Source of the DNA: a virus | Virus record (IMG/VR): IMGVR_UViG_3300028920_000002 | Span: 64,001 to 128,000 of that record | Reading direction: 5' to 3' (one strand) | Length of the DNA stretch: 64,000 bases | Shown: in pieces, positions 1-9,178 of the stretch | Position numbering within the stretch: position 1 is the first letter of the stretch | Layout: each line of letters starts with the position of its first letter | Made by a program: the position numbers and the translations under genes | The notes under the pieces: model-generated | What the model was told of the DNA's origin: nothing | What the model saw: only the letters and a program-made list of their open reading frames with translations | Database searches by the model: none

Positions 1-81
1 GCCAGCTCAACCCAGGAGCCGTAGCTGTCGATGACGTCGCCGACTTCCTTGTTGAGCTCCATGAGCTCCTTCAAGCACTGG

Positions 82-489
82 TCAGGGTCCATCTTCGTCC
101 TTTTGGTCGGTGCGGGCCCTCATGTCTGCCTCCAGCTGCTCCAGCAACTCGTTGAAGGAGGCAGCTCTGGCCTCGACGGAGAACTCGTGCAGGCGATGCT
201 CTCGGTTCGCCGCGAGCGCGTGCTCACACTCGTCGTTGTTGCACTCGTAGAAAATCATCATCCAGGTCTCGCCCTGCTGCGGCAGGTCGTCTTCCCAGTC
301 GATGTCGGAGCCGGAGGTTCCGGCGTGCTTCGGTGACGGGCGAACGAGATGAGCTTCTCGGTGCTGGTCCTGATACTCCCAGACCTTGATGGCTCCAGGC
401 TGCGTCAGGTCTGCCCCGCACTCGGGGCACTTCTCGGGCACCTCGACTTCGCGGGTGCGAACAATGATGTCGTCAACGGTCAGCTTCAT
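82..489 (-). CDS. hypothetical Zn-ribbon protein
   Basis: 135-aa ORF with CPECG and CNNDEC Cys pairs; start overlaps stop of upstream minus-strand gene. Confidence 0.7.
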   Translation of the reverse strand: MKLTVDDIIVRTREVEVPEKCPECGADLTQPGAIKVWEYQDQHREAHLVRPSPKHAGTSGSDIDWEDDLPQQGETWMMIFYECNNDECEHALAANREHRLHEFSVEARAASFNELLEQLEADMRARTDQKDEDGP

Positions 490-1316
490 TGCCGTGGCCT
501 CTCAATCTTTTCGAGGCCCATGGCCTCGAGCAGGAAACTGGTGAGGTGCTCTTTGAACAGCTTGTAGTGGAGCACCGGTCTAGCATCTGGTGGGAAGCGC
601 CCACCCTTGAGCTCCAAGGCATAAAGGATTGCTGTGCGCCGTCTGCTCTTGGGTTTGAGCCACTGCCAGTAGTTCTCAGACCAGCAGGCGGGCAGCAAAT
701 TCTGATGACCTACGGGCGCCTCCCAACGCATCGCACGGTCGATGAGCCAGCCAGGCTGCTCCCCCGATAGCATCAGCTCTGCCACAAGAGGGCCGCGCAT
801 CGTGTAGTTCGACCGCACCACCGGCTCAGGAATCTTGCCGTAGACGAGGTTGTGGATGTACTTGCTGACGTATGGCCCCATCCGGCTGTAGAATTCGGCT
901 GCGTCGATGTGATTGGCCGGCTCTGGCTCACCCTCCCCTGCCAGAAGCCTACCGTCGTAGCTGAGCTTCATCTCCGTGCCCAGCGCACGTGTCTTGGTGG
1001 GTGTGCTCAGGAAGCCGTAGCCATCGTAGGAGTAGGCTTGAAACGGCGTCCACTCTGTGACTTGGCGCATAGTGGTGAGCGTGCGCCACGCTCCCAGAGT
1101 CAGCTTGATGAAGTCTGAGTAGAAGTAAGCAATTTTGGCGTCGCGGTAGGTTAGGGTGATGGCCTGGTCCTCGTCGGGGCCATCCAAGTAGGTCGCCCAG
1201 CCCAGCTTGCGGTGCCAGGTCTTCACCTTGACCGGGTATCGGTAGCCGAGTATCCGACGCTCTTCTATCTTCTTTTGGCCACTGGTCAGCTCTGTGTAGG
1301 CACGTTCGTAGTCCAT
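486..1316 (-). CDS. hypothetical protein (start revised to ATG 1316)
   Basis: MDYERAYTEL start lies 3 nt after a GGCATAA-N6-CGGA motif; longer ORF-track extension overlaps the + strand gene. Confidence 0.75.
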   Translation of the reverse strand: MDYERAYTELTSGQKKIEERRILGYRYPVKVKTWHRKLGWATYLDGPDEDQAITLTYRDAKIAYFYSDFIKLTLGAWRTLTTMRQVTEWTPFQAYSYDGYGFLSTPTKTRALGTEMKLSYDGRLLAGEGEPEPANHIDAAEFYSRMGPYVSKYIHNLVYGKIPEPVVRSNYTMRGPLVAELMLSGEQPGWLIDRAMRWEAPVGHQNLLPACWSENYWQWLKPKSRRRTAILYALELKGGRFPPDARPVLHYKLFKEHLTSFLLEAMGLEKIERPRQ

Positions 1317-1319
1317 GGT

Positions 1320-1336
1320 TCCGCTTCTCTTATGCC
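1320..1336 (-). promoter_or_regulatory. class-1 motif GGNATAA-N6-YGGW
   Basis: GGCATAA-GAGAAG-CGGA on minus strand; one of 19 copies. Confidence 0.7.
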
Positions 1337-1395
1337 GGTTTCTGCGGGAGAATGACCCCAACACCTCGCCACAGGCGAAACTAAGGAGCATCGAA

Positions 1396-2409
1396 ATGAC
1401 ACTCGGTTCTGGACTCATGACTGCACAGCGTCCAAAGCAGAGCCGCTTCGTTACCGGCAAGCGTGGTCTGGCCGGCGAGGTGGGCGACCTGCGCGACGAT
1501 ATTGAAGAGGAACTCAGCCCCATGGCGGCCATCGCCGTGCAAGAGTACGTCGACCCTCTGGCTACGGCAGCCAACAACCTGATGGCAGCTACGACCTCTC
1601 AGGCGGCTGAGGATGAGCTGCTGCCGGATGCCACACCGGCGACTGGTGTGCTCACGCAAGCCACCATCGACAACCTGAGCACCGGTGGGCCCCGACAGAT
1701 TCTCTTCACTGTGGCAGGTGGCACACCCGCTCATCGCGCTCCGACCGCTACCATCTACGGTACTGCTGTTGGCGGCGCGAAGACGAGCGAAACGGTGAGT
1801 CTGCCGAGTGTTGCTGGCACGGCTCTCACCGGAACCTTCTTCGTCGACATCGACCGCATCGTTCTCGCTGCAGGCAGCGGCACCGGTGCTACTGTGGCCA
1901 TCGGTCTGGGCGCTCTGCTTGGACTCAGTGCCTCAGTGGTGTCACGTGCTGGGCGCGTTGCGGTCATCCAAGAGGTGGCAGCTGGCTCAGTTGTGACCAA
2001 CGGTACTGTACTCGAGGGTGCGGATGCTGCGGCTACCGTCACTGGCTCACAGGACCTCTCCTCGGGCGGCACGCTCGGTACCGAGACGCTCATCGTCGAG
2101 GTCGATGGAGCTGCTGCTCAGACGGTGACCTTCGCCACTCCGGCGAACACCGCAGCCGTCGTGGCGGCAGTCGAGCTAGTCATCCCCGGCATTGCCAGTG
2201 ATGATGGCTCTGACCACCTGGTGCTCACCAGCCCGACCACTGGCCCCACCTCGAGTCTTGCAATCTCGGGTACCTCGCTCACCAAGCTCGGTATCACCGC
2301 TGGGTACTACCAAGGAACCAGCGGCGGCAAGGGCACCTACGCCCCCAACAGCGCGCCCAACGGCTCCAACGACTACGCGCTGTACTACGAGTACGACCCC
2401 ACCGCGTAG
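1396..2409 (+). CDS. putative virion structural protein
   Basis: AAGGAG SD before ATG 1396; Thr/Gly/Ala-rich beta-type sequence with module TLIVEVDG..TVTF..LVLTSPTTGPTSSL. Confidence 0.6.
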   Translation: MTLGSGLMTAQRPKQSRFVTGKRGLAGEVGDLRDDIEEELSPMAAIAVQEYVDPLATAANNLMAATTSQAAEDELLPDATPATGVLTQATIDNLSTGGPRQILFTVAGGTPAHRAPTATIYGTAVGGAKTSETVSLPSVAGTALTGTFFVDIDRIVLAAGSGTGATVAIGLGALLGLSASVVSRAGRVAVIQEVAAGSVVTNGTVLEGADAAATVTGSQDLSSGGTLGTETLIVEVDGAAAQTVTFATPANTAAVVAAVELVIPGIASDDGSDHLVLTSPTTGPTSSLAISGTSLTKLGITAGYYQGTSGGKGTYAPNSAPNGSNDYALYYEYDPTA

Positions 2410-2456
2410 CTATTCTTCCGGCACGCGGCGGCCATCCGCCATCCCATCCTGGCGAC

Positions 2457-2492
2457 CGAGGAGGGGAGCTTCTGGTATGTGGCTCCCCTCCT
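2457..2492. terminator. hairpin between convergent genes
   Basis: 12-bp perfect stem GAGGAGGGGAGC/GCTCCCCTCCTC between 1396..2409(+) and 2496..3227(-). Confidence 0.65.
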
Positions 2493-2495
2493 CAC

Positions 2496-3227
2496 CTATT
2501 CTGGTGCGCGGATGTGCGCCGGCACCGTGAACTCGAGCAGGATTGGGTTGAGCCAACCGACGACCTTGCGGCCCCCGCCCTTCTTCGCCCTGAGAGACTC
2601 GTCCCAGGCCCACACCTTGCCACTGCGCTGGTCGAAGAACTTCACTCCTTCACCGATGTGCTGTGACTTGATGCCACCTCGACCCCCATCGATGGTGGAC
2701 CACAACTCACCTCCGTCGATGCTGCAGTCGACGCCATCGAAGTAGAAGACGTGCTCGCTTCTGGGGGTGTTGTTGGACACATAGACGATGTCTCCTGTGC
2801 TGGGGCGCTTGCTCTTGTTCTTGCTGAGCAGGTACTCGACGAACGCCCCCTCCTTACGTCCTCGGAAGAACAAGTAGGATAGGTTCTTTCCCCGCTTCCA
2901 CTTCCTCTTCAGCCAGCCTGTACCGTTGGGGTCTGGTTCATCGAGGTCCCGGTTGAGGATTGGTCCTCGGTAACCCGCACGCTCGAGTAGGAACTGGGCA
3001 AACTCCCCACAGGTACTGAAAAGAGTGCCTGAGTCCCTCATGGGCTCAGCCCGACCCTGGCAGATTTCGATGAACTGCGGGTCGCCGACCTTGGCGTGCT
3101 TGTACATGTGGGCCACGGTCTGGATGTACTCCCGCTGGGTGTCCTCGTCGTACTCCCACAGTTTGATGCTGCGGCTGCCCAAGGTGAGGATGTCGACCCG
3201 CTTCGCGCCGGTGATTCCTGCAGTCAT
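2496..3227 (-). CDS. putative NlpC/P60-CHAP-like Cys amidase
   Basis: STCGEFAQFLL Cys helix, GDIVYV strand and EHVF His; papain-like arrangement. Confidence 0.45.
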   Translation of the reverse strand: MTAGITGAKRVDILTLGSRSIKLWEYDEDTQREYIQTVAHMYKHAKVGDPQFIEICQGRAEPMRDSGTLFSTCGEFAQFLLERAGYRGPILNRDLDEPDPNGTGWLKRKWKRGKNLSYLFFRGRKEGAFVEYLLSKNKSKRPSTGDIVYVSNNTPRSEHVFYFDGVDCSIDGGELWSTIDGGRGGIKSQHIGEGVKFFDQRSGKVWAWDESLRAKKGGGRKVVGWLNPILLEFTVPAHIRAPE

Positions 3228-3296
3228 GTTCGGCCTCCACCCTCAGTGTAACTATGGGCGTGTTCGGGTACAACAACTACGGGAGTTGGAGTAGCA

Positions 3297-3545
3297 GTGA
3301 GTGAAGAAGTCGTTCAGAAGTTCCGGTTTCTCACCCGCAACAAGCGGTGGAGCGGCTACGTTGAAGTAGCCGAGTGTGAGAAGAACGGCAGAAGCTACGT
3401 CATTTTGCGCTTGCACGTAGGCAATCGGTCAGTTCTACTTCCGAGACGCGGCCTCGAGGATGTAGTCCTAGCTCTGACTCGAGCCTTGGGAGTCGCGAAT
3501 GCCAGGTACGAACGTATCATCGAGAAGATGAACAGGAGAGAATGA
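3297..3545 (+). CDS. hypothetical protein
   Basis: 82-aa ORF, GTG start with GGAG SD. Confidence 0.65.
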   Translation: MSEEVVQKFRFLTRNKRWSGYVEVAECEKNGRSYVILRLHVGNRSVLLPRRGLEDVVLALTRALGVANARYERIIEKMNRRE

Positions 3546-3546
3546 C

Positions 3547-4185
3547 ATGGCCGACACGAGCGAGTTCAGGAAGAAGCTGCGGTCGGGCGAATACGTTTCG
3601 CTGACAGGCGCCAAGCGCGCCATCGGGAAGATGAAGGGTTGGAGCGAAGTCGACCGAAACAAGGCCCGTGCGGCAGCCGAGAGGCACTTCGCCGGCGAGG
3701 AGAGTCCTCCCAAGAAGGTTGCCAAGAAGAAGACCAAGAAGAAGGCGCAGTCGAAGCCGGCGAAGAAGGCCGCTGCCAAGAAGGTGCCGAAGAAGCGCAA
3801 GGCCAAGAAGGTTCGCCGCGCCCAGAAGGCAGTGACTACGACGCATCGTGCGTCTCCCAAGCCGAGAGGCGACCAACCGGTGATGCAACGCATCGAGCTC
3901 GCCCACGCTACGGTCGGCACCTACAAGCAGGCCCTCGATACGCTCGAGCGCTGCAAGCAGCTCGCCCCGGAGGTGGACATCACCAAGGGAGTCCAGAAGG
4001 CCACCGACGGTCTGACCCAGCTGGTGCAGGGACTCTTCACCGATGTGGTGGGTACGCTCTCCCCGAATGAGGAGAAGGCGGCGCAGCTGCTGGCCAAGAG
4101 CCAGCCCAGCAACGGCGGCATGGTGGCCCCGACCCCGCCCGTCGTGACTCCCCCGCCTCAGCAGCCGCCCGGAGCTACCATCTAG
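3547..4185 (+). CDS. Lys/Ala-rich histone H1-like DNA-binding protein
   Basis: KKVAKKKTKKKAQSKPAKKAAAKKVPKKRKAKK tract between folded N- and C-terminal regions. Confidence 0.55.
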   Translation: MADTSEFRKKLRSGEYVSLTGAKRAIGKMKGWSEVDRNKARAAAERHFAGEESPPKKVAKKKTKKKAQSKPAKKAAAKKVPKKRKAKKVRRAQKAVTTTHRASPKPRGDQPVMQRIELAHATVGTYKQALDTLERCKQLAPEVDITKGVQKATDGLTQLVQGLFTDVVGTLSPNEEKAAQLLAKSQPSNGGMVAPTPPVVTPPPQQPPGATI

Positions 4186-4628
4186 CTCTGGCCCTTGGGT
4201 CTCCAGACTAGGCTGAGCAGGTCCTTGTCGTCTTCGACAGTGGGGCTGCCTAGTCCCCTATGGTCACCCCTGTCCTCGATGGGGATGGCCCACCTGCGCG
4301 TGCCGTGTGGGGTCTCCAGCAGGACGTGGATGGCATCCTCATCCTTCTGGCTGGCCAGTAGCACGGCCCAGGCGTTGGTGCGCTTGACAGCCGCCTCCAT
4401 CTGAGAGCGCCAGTTGGCCTCTTCTTCAGGCAGCTCTACGATGACCGGACCGTCACGAACCATGCCGTCGTCATCAACGAAGGAGCGGCCTGGCCACGTG
4501 ATGAAGAACGGAGCGAAGCTCTCATCCTCCCACGAGTCGTAGATGGTTTGGATGCCACCTTCTTCTACTTCTCTGCACAGCTGGTCGTGGATGAATCGCT
4601 GCGAAGTATAGTAGTCCAGGTTGGCCAC
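4182..4628 (-). CDS. hypothetical protein
   Basis: ORF; GTG 4628 chosen because it avoids overlap with the divergent gene at 4638. Confidence 0.6.
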   Translation of the reverse strand: MANLDYYTSQRFIHDQLCREVEEGGIQTIYDSWEDESFAPFFITWPGRSFVDDDGMVRDGPVIVELPEEEANWRSQMEAAVKRTNAWAVLLASQKDEDAIHVLLETPHGTRRWAIPIEDRGDHRGLGSPTVEDDKDLLSLVWRPKGQS

Positions 4629-4637
4629 GGTTGAACT

Positions 4638-4943
4638 ATGAGCCGAACACACCAGGCGATGCAAGTCTTTCGTCGGGAGCTGCGCAGCCGATTCCCTCGT
4701 CTCAAGCGCGCGGCGCACGTAGATGAGCTACTGATAGAGCCAGGCGTACACGGGGAATTCACGCTCGTGTTGCGCTGGTCGCGAGGACCAACCGGCCCGG
4801 GGGAGTACCGCAAGTACTTCAGTCGGCAGTTCGTATTGGGGAGGACGGCTACTGCATCTCCGCTGCAGCAACGGCCGAAGATGAAGACCTGTAGATTCGT
4901 CGACCAGGTAGCGGAGGAAGTTCTCAGAGCAAGAGGTGTCTGA
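4638..4943 (+). CDS. hypothetical protein
   Basis: 101-aa ORF, coupled to next gene. Confidence 0.65.
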   Translation: MSRTHQAMQVFRRELRSRFPRLKRAAHVDELLIEPGVHGEFTLVLRWSRGPTGPGEYRKYFSRQFVLGRTATASPLQQRPKMKTCRFVDQVAEEVLRARGV

Positions 4944-5391
4944 AGTACCGGGTGCGGTGAGCACCGTCATATCAGTCGTCTGCAGCCACTTTGGGGTGAC
5001 CCAGTCTTCGCTGCTAGGCACGAGAAGAACGGGCAGCATACCCAAAGCGCGCATGATGGCCTACTTCCTCCTGCGCGAGAGGTTTCAGTACAGCTACCCC
5101 CAGATAGCCGCTGCGTTCAAGAAGGACAGCAGCACTATCATCCAAGGCTACAAGAAGCTCAAGCAGCAGATGCAGAGCGACGTAGACCTAATGGCAGCCG
5201 CAACGCTGCTGATGAAGAAAGTGGAGCGGCTGGTTACCTTGAGCAGCGGTAACGTCATCTATACCACGGTGTCGACCCCGGTGAGGGCGCGCTTGGAGGA
5301 GCTGCTCAAGACAGGGATGTACGGAAACGACCTCGGAGACGTGGTCGAGAGATTGGTGTGTCAGCAACTGCAAGGATTGAAGAGCAAATGA
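4936..5391 (+). CDS. stand-alone DnaA domain IV-like HTH protein
   Basis: VCSHFGVTQSSLLGTRR..KARMMAYFLLRERFQYSYPQIAAAFKKDSSTII matches the DnaA C-terminal pattern; no AAA+ domain. Confidence 0.75.
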   Translation: MSEVPGAVSTVISVVCSHFGVTQSSLLGTRRTGSIPKARMMAYFLLRERFQYSYPQIAAAFKKDSSTIIQGYKKLKQQMQSDVDLMAAATLLMKKVERLVTLSSGNVIYTTVSTPVRARLEELLKTGMYGNDLGDVVERLVCQQLQGLKSK

Positions 5392-5690
5392 ATCTAGCTA
5401 CCCACTATGCCGAAGCCACTGAGTGGAACCTGGCAACACTCAGTGAGTTGTGCCACCTGAAGTCCAGCAGCCAGGTACGAATCAACCGGCAGACCAGCAT
5501 CTGCCAGAAGATGCTGCAGGTGTGTCAAGAGTGGGAGCCGGAGATTGTGTGGGGCACGGACCCAGATGACGTGCGCTCGCTGTTTCGCCGCGTGGCACCC
5601 AGAGTGTGGAACCTGCTCAAGGCAGCGAAGGAAGAACCGGAAGGGCTCGAGGTAGCTCTCCTCAAGTGGAGAAGGGAACGAGCGGGATGA
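5388..5690 (+). CDS. hypothetical protein
   Basis: ATGA overlap with previous stop. Confidence 0.6.
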   Translation: MNLATHYAEATEWNLATLSELCHLKSSSQVRINRQTSICQKMLQVCQEWEPEIVWGTDPDDVRSLFRRVAPRVWNLLKAAKEEPEGLEVALLKWRRERAG

Positions 5691-5860
5691 ACAATACCCA
5701 TTGTGACCTCTGTACTGACCCGTACGGTAGGAAGAAGCCCTGCAAGGTGACAGGTATGTCCAAGCTCGGCATCAAGAACGTGTGTCAGGAGTGCGCGGAG
5801 TTCCTGCTAGTAGGCACGCGTCCCAAGAAGAAGAGCAAGAAGGCAGCGAGGAAGAAGTGA
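5687..5860 (+). CDS. small basic Zn-finger protein
   Basis: CDLC and CQEC pairs, Lys-rich tail, ATGA overlap. Confidence 0.55.
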   Translation: MNNTHCDLCTDPYGRKKPCKVTGMSKLGIKNVCQECAEFLLVGTRPKKKSKKAARKK

Positions 5861-6046
5861 ATGGCTAGGCACTACAAAATCATCATCAAGGTGGCGTACG
5901 AGGAAGGCACCATTCCTGAGAAGGGAATGGAGGATGACCTACGTCGGGGAGTAGATGCAGCCGTACAGATTGGCTTGCTCAACGATGCGGACGCTAACGC
6001 AGTGGTAGAGGAGTACGACGTTGAAGTGGAGGAAGTGACCAAGTGA
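5861..6046 (+). CDS. hypothetical protein
   Basis: 61-aa ORF abutting neighbours. Confidence 0.6.
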   Translation: MARHYKIIIKVAYEEGTIPEKGMEDDLRRGVDAAVQIGLLNDADANAVVEEYDVEVEEVTK

Positions 6047-6822
6047 ACATCGTCAAACCAAGCTACGAAATCCTGGGCATCTTCCCAGGTGAAGAAGACT
6101 GCCTGCAGTGGCTCGAGCGCATCGGGCGCACCTGCTACAAGAGCGAGGACAAAATCACTGCAGAGAGCGCACCCAAGTTCGTGCGCAGCATACTGAAGCT
6201 GGACCGGATGGAGAAACTGGCGAGCAGGTTTCTATCGATTGCCACAGACCCGGAATACGATGGTCCGCATGAGGCCGTGATGGCTTTGATGGAGGCTGTG
6301 CATGACATGCTCGCCGACCCTCCGCACGAGTCCGTCATCGAGCACAGCCTGATGACCGTACGGTTCGTTTTCGACCGGGGCATCTCTCACGAGATGGTGC
6401 GTCACCGCCTATGTGCCTTCAGCCAGGAATCCACCCGCTACTGCAATTACGGCAAGGGCGACGACATCAACTTCATCAAGCCTCCGTTCTGGCCGGAGGA
6501 AGACAGCGGAGACTCAGCCGTGAGCGAGTCAGAGCCCTACGATGTTTGGGAGCACGCTTGTTTGACGGCAGAGAGCGATTACAACGCCCTGGTCAACTTT
6601 CACAAGGCCAAGCCCGAGCAAGCCCGCTCCGTGCTTCCCAACTCCCTCAAGACGGAGATTGTCGTCTCAACCAACTTCCGTGAGTGGCGCCACATCTTCA
6701 GGCTGCGCACCAGCAAGCGCGCTCACCCGCAGATTCGGGAAGTCATGGTGCCTCTGCTGAAGGAGCTCAAGGCCAAGCCCAACCTGGGCCTGCTCTTCAG
6801 TGACATCGAGGTGACCGAATGA
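6043..6822 (+). CDS. thyX: flavin-dependent thymidylate synthase
   Basis: HESVIEH, SHEMVRHR..FSQESTRY, EQARSVLPNS, EWRHIFRLR motifs. Confidence 0.93.
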   Translation: MNIVKPSYEILGIFPGEEDCLQWLERIGRTCYKSEDKITAESAPKFVRSILKLDRMEKLASRFLSIATDPEYDGPHEAVMALMEAVHDMLADPPHESVIEHSLMTVRFVFDRGISHEMVRHRLCAFSQESTRYCNYGKGDDINFIKPPFWPEEDSGDSAVSESEPYDVWEHACLTAESDYNALVNFHKAKPEQARSVLPNSLKTEIVVSTNFREWRHIFRLRTSKRAHPQIREVMVPLLKELKAKPNLGLLFSDIEVTE

Positions 6823-7265
6823 AAGCGACAGTGAAGACAACGACGTACTCACCGAGAGACAACTTCTGCCGAGGCGTGGCAGAGCTGCTGCAGAAGGCAG
6901 CGGAGGATGGCACCGGCACCGACGACACCACCGATGCCATCTGCGTGTTGGCCAACAAGTGCTTCAGCACAGGGGCTGACTATCCAGACCTGCCCCGACC
7001 GGACTACGTCGACGACCAGATGACCGTGACCTACATCGAAGAGTGGTCGGACTGGTTCTACGCGAACACCGAGACGTTCGAGGGCGAGCTCGGCATGCAG
7101 TTGGCCTACCTGTGGCCGGCCATCATCAAGGGGAACCAGATTGAGGTCGACATCGACTCGGCCATCGTACGGGTGCTCAACGAGAATGCGGTGCCCAACG
7201 ATGAGCAGCCGGAACCCAACTCCATCTGGTCCTACATCGACGCCGTGGCCGAGGTGAGCGAATGA
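6819..7265 (+). CDS. hypothetical protein, paralog of 8448..8885
   Basis: shares LPRPD..WS.WFYA.TE.F..QLAYLWPAI.K..IWSYI domain. Confidence 0.75.
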   Translation: MKATVKTTTYSPRDNFCRGVAELLQKAAEDGTGTDDTTDAICVLANKCFSTGADYPDLPRPDYVDDQMTVTYIEEWSDWFYANTETFEGELGMQLAYLWPAIIKGNQIEVDIDSAIVRVLNENAVPNDEQPEPNSIWSYIDAVAEVSE

Positions 7266-7462
7266 AACCGCTCTACAAGACGACCATCGTCATCTGGTCG
7301 GCCTACGACCCAGAAAAGTCGAGTATGGAACTTGAGGACTTGGCTCACGACGCCACAGTAGGAGAGGCGTACTGCTCCAAGCAGAAGAGCGAGCGGGTAG
7401 AGAAGCCGGAAGAAAACCCTGATTGGGACGGCACCGAGTTCTTTGGAGACGAGGATGATTGA
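7262..7462 (+). CDS. hypothetical protein
   Basis: 66-aa ORF, ATGA overlap. Confidence 0.6.
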   Translation: MKPLYKTTIVIWSAYDPEKSSMELEDLAHDATVGEAYCSKQKSERVEKPEENPDWDGTEFFGDEDD

Positions 7463-7682
7463 CCCATCTCTGGAAGAGCTGGAGAAGGCAGAAGCACGAT
7501 TCCTCGAGGCTCATGGGTGGAGTCCCGTGCCCAAGCCTCGAGGGGCTGAGAACAACCCGGAAGTTCCTCAGTGGTGGAGAGACCAGTTCGCTGAGGAGGG
7601 AGAGATGAAGGAGTACCGGCAAGACACGGCCGTGGAGTTGCAGAAGGCACGGCTCGTAGACCTGATGAGGTACGAAGGATGA
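7455..7682 (+). CDS. hypothetical protein
   Basis: GAGG SD, operon-like overlap. Confidence 0.6.
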   Translation: MIDPSLEELEKAEARFLEAHGWSPVPKPRGAENNPEVPQWWRDQFAEEGEMKEYRQDTAVELQKARLVDLMRYEG

Positions 7683-8113
7683 CTTACGACCAGGTATCCA
7701 TCGCATTCGACAATCTGCGTGAGCTCGTGGGCGAACTGTACGTACATGAACCTTGTGGAGGGCCTCTTCACATCATCACTGATGATGGAAACATCGAAGA
7801 CACACATCTCGTTAGCTGCTATCGGTGGCTGCACGGGGAGAAGAACACGGCCTTCATCACTTCGGTGTGCAAGGCCATCCTCCATGAGCTCATGCTACTG
7901 ACTGAAGCACAGAGGCTCTTGTGGTGGCTGGAGGGTTCTATCCGAGAACTGAAGCTGGACCCGGTACGTCTTGCCTTCGAGGCTGGTGCAGAGAAGGCGT
8001 ACATCGTGGATAAAAGCAATGGTAGCTACGGCGCCCGGTTGGTAGGTGGAGCAAAGGGCTCCACGTGGTCCTGGGATGGGCTGGAGCAGACCAGGGAAAG
8101 GATGAAGAAGTGA
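7679..8113 (+). CDS. hypothetical protein
   Basis: 144-aa ORF with GGPLHIITDDGNIED motif seen in phage small proteins. Confidence 0.7.
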   Translation: MTYDQVSIAFDNLRELVGELYVHEPCGGPLHIITDDGNIEDTHLVSCYRWLHGEKNTAFITSVCKAILHELMLLTEAQRLLWWLEGSIRELKLDPVRLAFEAGAEKAYIVDKSNGSYGARLVGGAKGSTWSWDGLEQTRERMKK

Positions 8114-8451
8114 AAGAACCCAAGGTCAGTCCGAAGCCTACATTCTGCGGGCACAAGATGGAGTGGGTCGAGCGCGCGATGCCCAACTACTTCGGCTCGT
8201 TCTGGATGTACCGAAGCAAGGACAGGAAAGTGGTCGTTCGCGCTTGGCCAGCACAGAAGACAGAGAATGACGATTGGGTGATGCCTCCAGAAGTACTGAT
8301 GGTGATAGACCACGCGCATGAAGAGTTCGTCGGCAGGTATAAGACGCACAAGGAGTTGCTACGCGTGCTGAAGCGGGCAGAGTCAGAACTGATGCGTCAG
8401 TACAAGGAAGCAGCCAAGGAGTACAAGATGCTCCTAGAGGTGGTGAAATGA
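8110..8451 (+). CDS. hypothetical protein
   Basis: GTGA overlap start. Confidence 0.6.
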   Translation: MKEPKVSPKPTFCGHKMEWVERAMPNYFGSFWMYRSKDRKVVVRAWPAQKTENDDWVMPPEVLMVIDHAHEEFVGRYKTHKELLRVLKRAESELMRQYKEAAKEYKMLLEVVK

Positions 8452-8885
8452 AGTTCAACGTCGACTGGTCTAAGACCTACGTGGCCAGCGGAATCGTGCA
8501 GGTGGAAGCTGAAACGCGAGACGAGGCGGAGAACATCGTGGCTGAGCGAATGGGAAACTATTCAGGCTCGATGAACTACGTTGACGACGAGGACCATGTC
8601 CACGCCTACCCTGTGGATGGAGAGCCGCCTCACCCGGAGCTGCCGAGGCCAGATAGCGACCTGACCATCATCAGGTTCATTCGACAGTGGTCAGAATGGT
8701 TCTACGCGCACACCGAGGTCTTCGGCTGCGGTCTGTCACTGCAGCTGGCCTACTTGTGGCCGGCTATCGTCAAAGACAAGTACATAGATGCCCCCGATAG
8801 CTCTGAGCTCGTCAAGCTCTTGCAGGAGCATGTGGTTCCTGAAGACAACGCCATCTGGTCCTATATCCATATCGAGGCAGAGTGA
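8448..8885 (+). CDS. hypothetical protein, paralog of 6819..7265
   Basis: N-terminal VEAETRDEA module plus shared C-terminal domain. Confidence 0.75.
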   Translation: MKFNVDWSKTYVASGIVQVEAETRDEAENIVAERMGNYSGSMNYVDDEDHVHAYPVDGEPPHPELPRPDSDLTIIRFIRQWSEWFYAHTEVFGCGLSLQLAYLWPAIVKDKYIDAPDSSELVKLLQEHVVPEDNAIWSYIHIEAE

Positions 8886-9178
8886 GCCGAGAAGTTCATG
8901 GTTCCGTGAAGTGGCGGGACGTGGAGCTGCAGGTGTCATCCAAAGAGAAGGGCGACACCAATTGGCACTACCGAGAGAATGGTACGGAGCTCATGCTTCG
9001 CTATGTTGGAGCACTGGATACCTACCGCGCCACCATCAACGCCATGGGGCTGCAAGGCTTTGGTGTTGGCTATAGCCCGGATGATGCATTGGACGGAGCA
9101 GTGGACAGCTTGGCCGGGAAGGTCGCAAAGGTGGAGGTAGTGCTCACCCGATTTGCCAAGCAGGAGGAGATTGGGTGA
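8882..9178 (+). CDS. hypothetical protein
   Basis: 98-aa ORF, GTGA overlaps at both ends. Confidence 0.65.
   Translation: MSREVHGSVKWRDVELQVSSKEKGDTNWHYRENGTELMLRYVGALDTYRATINAMGLQGFGVGYSPDDALDGAVDSLAGKVAKVEVVLTRFAKQEEIG

Noticed and set aside
1315-1577. ORF-track starts at 1577(-) and 1315(+)
   Set aside because: They would overlap head to head. Starts at 1316(-) and 1396(+) have a promoter motif and an SD respectively.
8007-8023. Extra class-1 promoter TGGATAA-AAGCAA-TGGT
   Set aside because: Mismatch at the first G and located inside a coding region; not counted among the 19.
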